Positions 32,688 to 33,810 of a DNA stretch of 33,810 nt are shown here, in pieces. Position 1 is the first letter of the stretch. Each line of letters begins with the position of its first letter. The position numbers and the translations under genes are program-made. Below the pieces are notes generated by a model that was not told where the DNA came from, made no database searches, and worked only from the letters and a program-made list of their open reading frames with translations. Source of the DNA: Acidobacteriota bacterium (GTDB lineage Bacteria > Acidobacteriota > Aminicenantia > UBA2199); contig JAQUQF010000002.1 in the NCBI GenBank assembly GCA_028749105.1, forward strand, positions 1 through 33,810. Reading direction: 5' to 3'.

Positions 32688-33810
32688 TTATCTTCGGCAG
32701 ATTTCTATCCAGTCCGCGTTCACTTCGGTCACCATGCCGGCGATCGAGGCATGGCAAACGGCTCCCAGCTTGTCAGCCGGCGGCGCGGCGATGACATCAC
32801 CCATTTTGACTTTTTCACCCTTTTTCACGGCAGGAGTGGCAGCGGCACCGGCATGGCGGCGCAAGGGGACACGCACACGCTTCGCTTCGTGATATCCGGC
32901 AAACGGCGCTTCCACGGCATATTCGGAAATGCCCGCTTTTTTCAATACCGTCGCAACGGGAATTCTGCGGTAGGCGATTTCAGGATGCACGGCAAGCGCC
33001 GTTCGTGTATGGGGATTCTTGATGCCGCGGGCAATCAGCAGCCTTTTGTATTCGGCTAGCACCCGGCGGGGAGAAAGGAGCATGGCGTCGCAGGCCAGGA
33101 GTTCGCACACGCCGCATTGGCTGCACAAAAAAGCGGAAGTGACGTGCCCGGCCGGTTCGGACAAGCCATAATCGAGCGAGCGCATGGTGAGGTGCGGATG
33201 CAGGTCATGTCCCAGAAGGCTGCGCGGGCAAAGGTCCGTACAGCGGAAACATTGGCAGCAGGAGGCCTTTGACTTTTTCACCATCTGGGTCACGCTCGTT
33301 TGTTTCAGCCGCACGATGAAATGGTCGGCAGGCAAAGCCACGATCCCGGAAGTGGTCCTGGCTATTCCCAGGCCGGGATCATCGATCAGGTTGCCCATCA
33401 TGGGACCGCCGTCGATCAGCACATCGCCGGGCTGGCTGGTCCCGCCGGCTTCTGCGAGCAGGTCGGCATACGGTGTTCCGATGGGCGCCACCAGCACGAC
33501 AGGACTGCGCACCGAACCGGAGACGGTGACCGGCCTTTCGGTCACCGGCTTGCCACCAAGGGCACCGGCCACCTGGGAGAGCGTAAGCACGTTGCAGACC
33601 ACGACACCGACATCAAGGGGCAGGCCCCCCTCGGGAATCACCCTGCCGGTGCAATCGAAAACAGTCAGGAATTCATCGCCCACGGGGTAATAGTCTTCCA
33701 AAAGGTGAATTTTGATGGTTCCGTCGCCGGGAAGCGCTTTCCGGACCGCGGCGACCACATCGTGATAACGGCCTTTGACCGCAATGACTCCCTGCCGGGC
33801 TCCGCAAGCT
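32688..33810 (-). CDS. PduS/RnfC-like Fe-S flavoprotein (N-terminus lies outside the window)
   Basis: SLBB-like region, GGPMMG, two 4Fe-4S motifs (CCQCFRCTDLCP, CSQCGVCELLAC) and a C-terminal barrel-sandwich-hybrid-like KKGEKVKMGDVIA. The frame stays open past GTG 33758 to the window edge. Confidence 0.75.
   Translation of the reverse strand, partial: ACGARQGVIAVKGRYHDVVAAVRKALPGDGTIKIHLLEDYYPVGDEFLTVFDCTGRVIPEGGLPLDVGVVVCNVLTLSQVAGALGGKPVTERPVTVSGSVRSPVVLVAPIGTPYADLLAEAGGTSQPGDVLIDGGPMMGNLIDDPGLGIARTTSGIVALPADHFIVRLKQTSVTQMVKKSKASCCQCFRCTDLCPRSLLGHDLHPHLTMRSLDYGLSEPAGHVTSAFLCSQCGVCELLACDAMLLSPRRVLAEYKRLLIARGIKNPHTRTALAVHPEIAYRRIPVATVLKKAGISEYAVEAPFAGYHEAKRVRVPLRRHAGAAATPAVKKGEKVKMGDVIAAPPADKLGAVCHASIAGMVTEVNADWIEICRR

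Noticed and set aside
1-33810. tRNA, rRNA, tmRNA or riboswitch genes in the intergenic gaps
   Set aside because: The gaps at 278-481, 1190-1433, 5000-5094, 6235-6316, 7085-7154, 7479-7583 and 28362-28399 were read on both strands. No cloverleaf-compatible or known conserved RNA motifs were recognised. A covariance-model scan (Infernal/Rfam, tRNAscan-SE) would be the decisive check.

Overview
High-GC bacterial chromosomal window, probably from an uncultured Acidobacteriota- or Aminicenantes-like lineage (low confidence on taxon). It is densely coded and has no rRNA, tRNA or CRISPR. Left to right: (1) a lower-GC glycan-modification island at about 400-5094, holding a SAM methyltransferase, a B12-binding radical SAM enzyme, a NeuB-like synthase and a very AT-rich exported SGNH hydrolase. 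(2) A long minus-strand housekeeping run: GNAT, DUF4097, Rho_N protein, rnc, SpoIIE/PP2C phosphatase, sirtuin, OM beta-barrel, PSP1/RicT, holB and a short UvrA paralog. (3) iorA-iorB-ptb, then a LolA-like gene with an ECF sigma, anti-sigma and bactofilin-like membrane protein. (4) A fused rplM-rpsI-rpsB-tsf-pyrH-frr block, a DUF507 pair and nth. (5) At the right edge, running out of the window, a bacterial microcompartment locus built around two aldehyde-releasing aldolases (class II aldolase and DERA), with two BMC-T, two BMC-P and a PduS/RnfC-like Fe-S flavoprotein. Two things stand out. First, the aldolase-type metabolosome: its DERA carries an N-terminal extension with an encapsulation-peptide-like helix and a CX2CX2CX2C motif. 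Second, a set of intergenic inverted-repeat elements whose arms are phase-locked arrays of 6-7 nt words (CCAA, GTGAAAR, GTGACA, GTRACGC types). These include a three-copy element with 29-nt and 41-nt identical cores, and one copy supplies the C-terminal tail of the UvrA paralog. Many long ORFs antisense to real genes are GC-driven shadow ORFs and were rejected.
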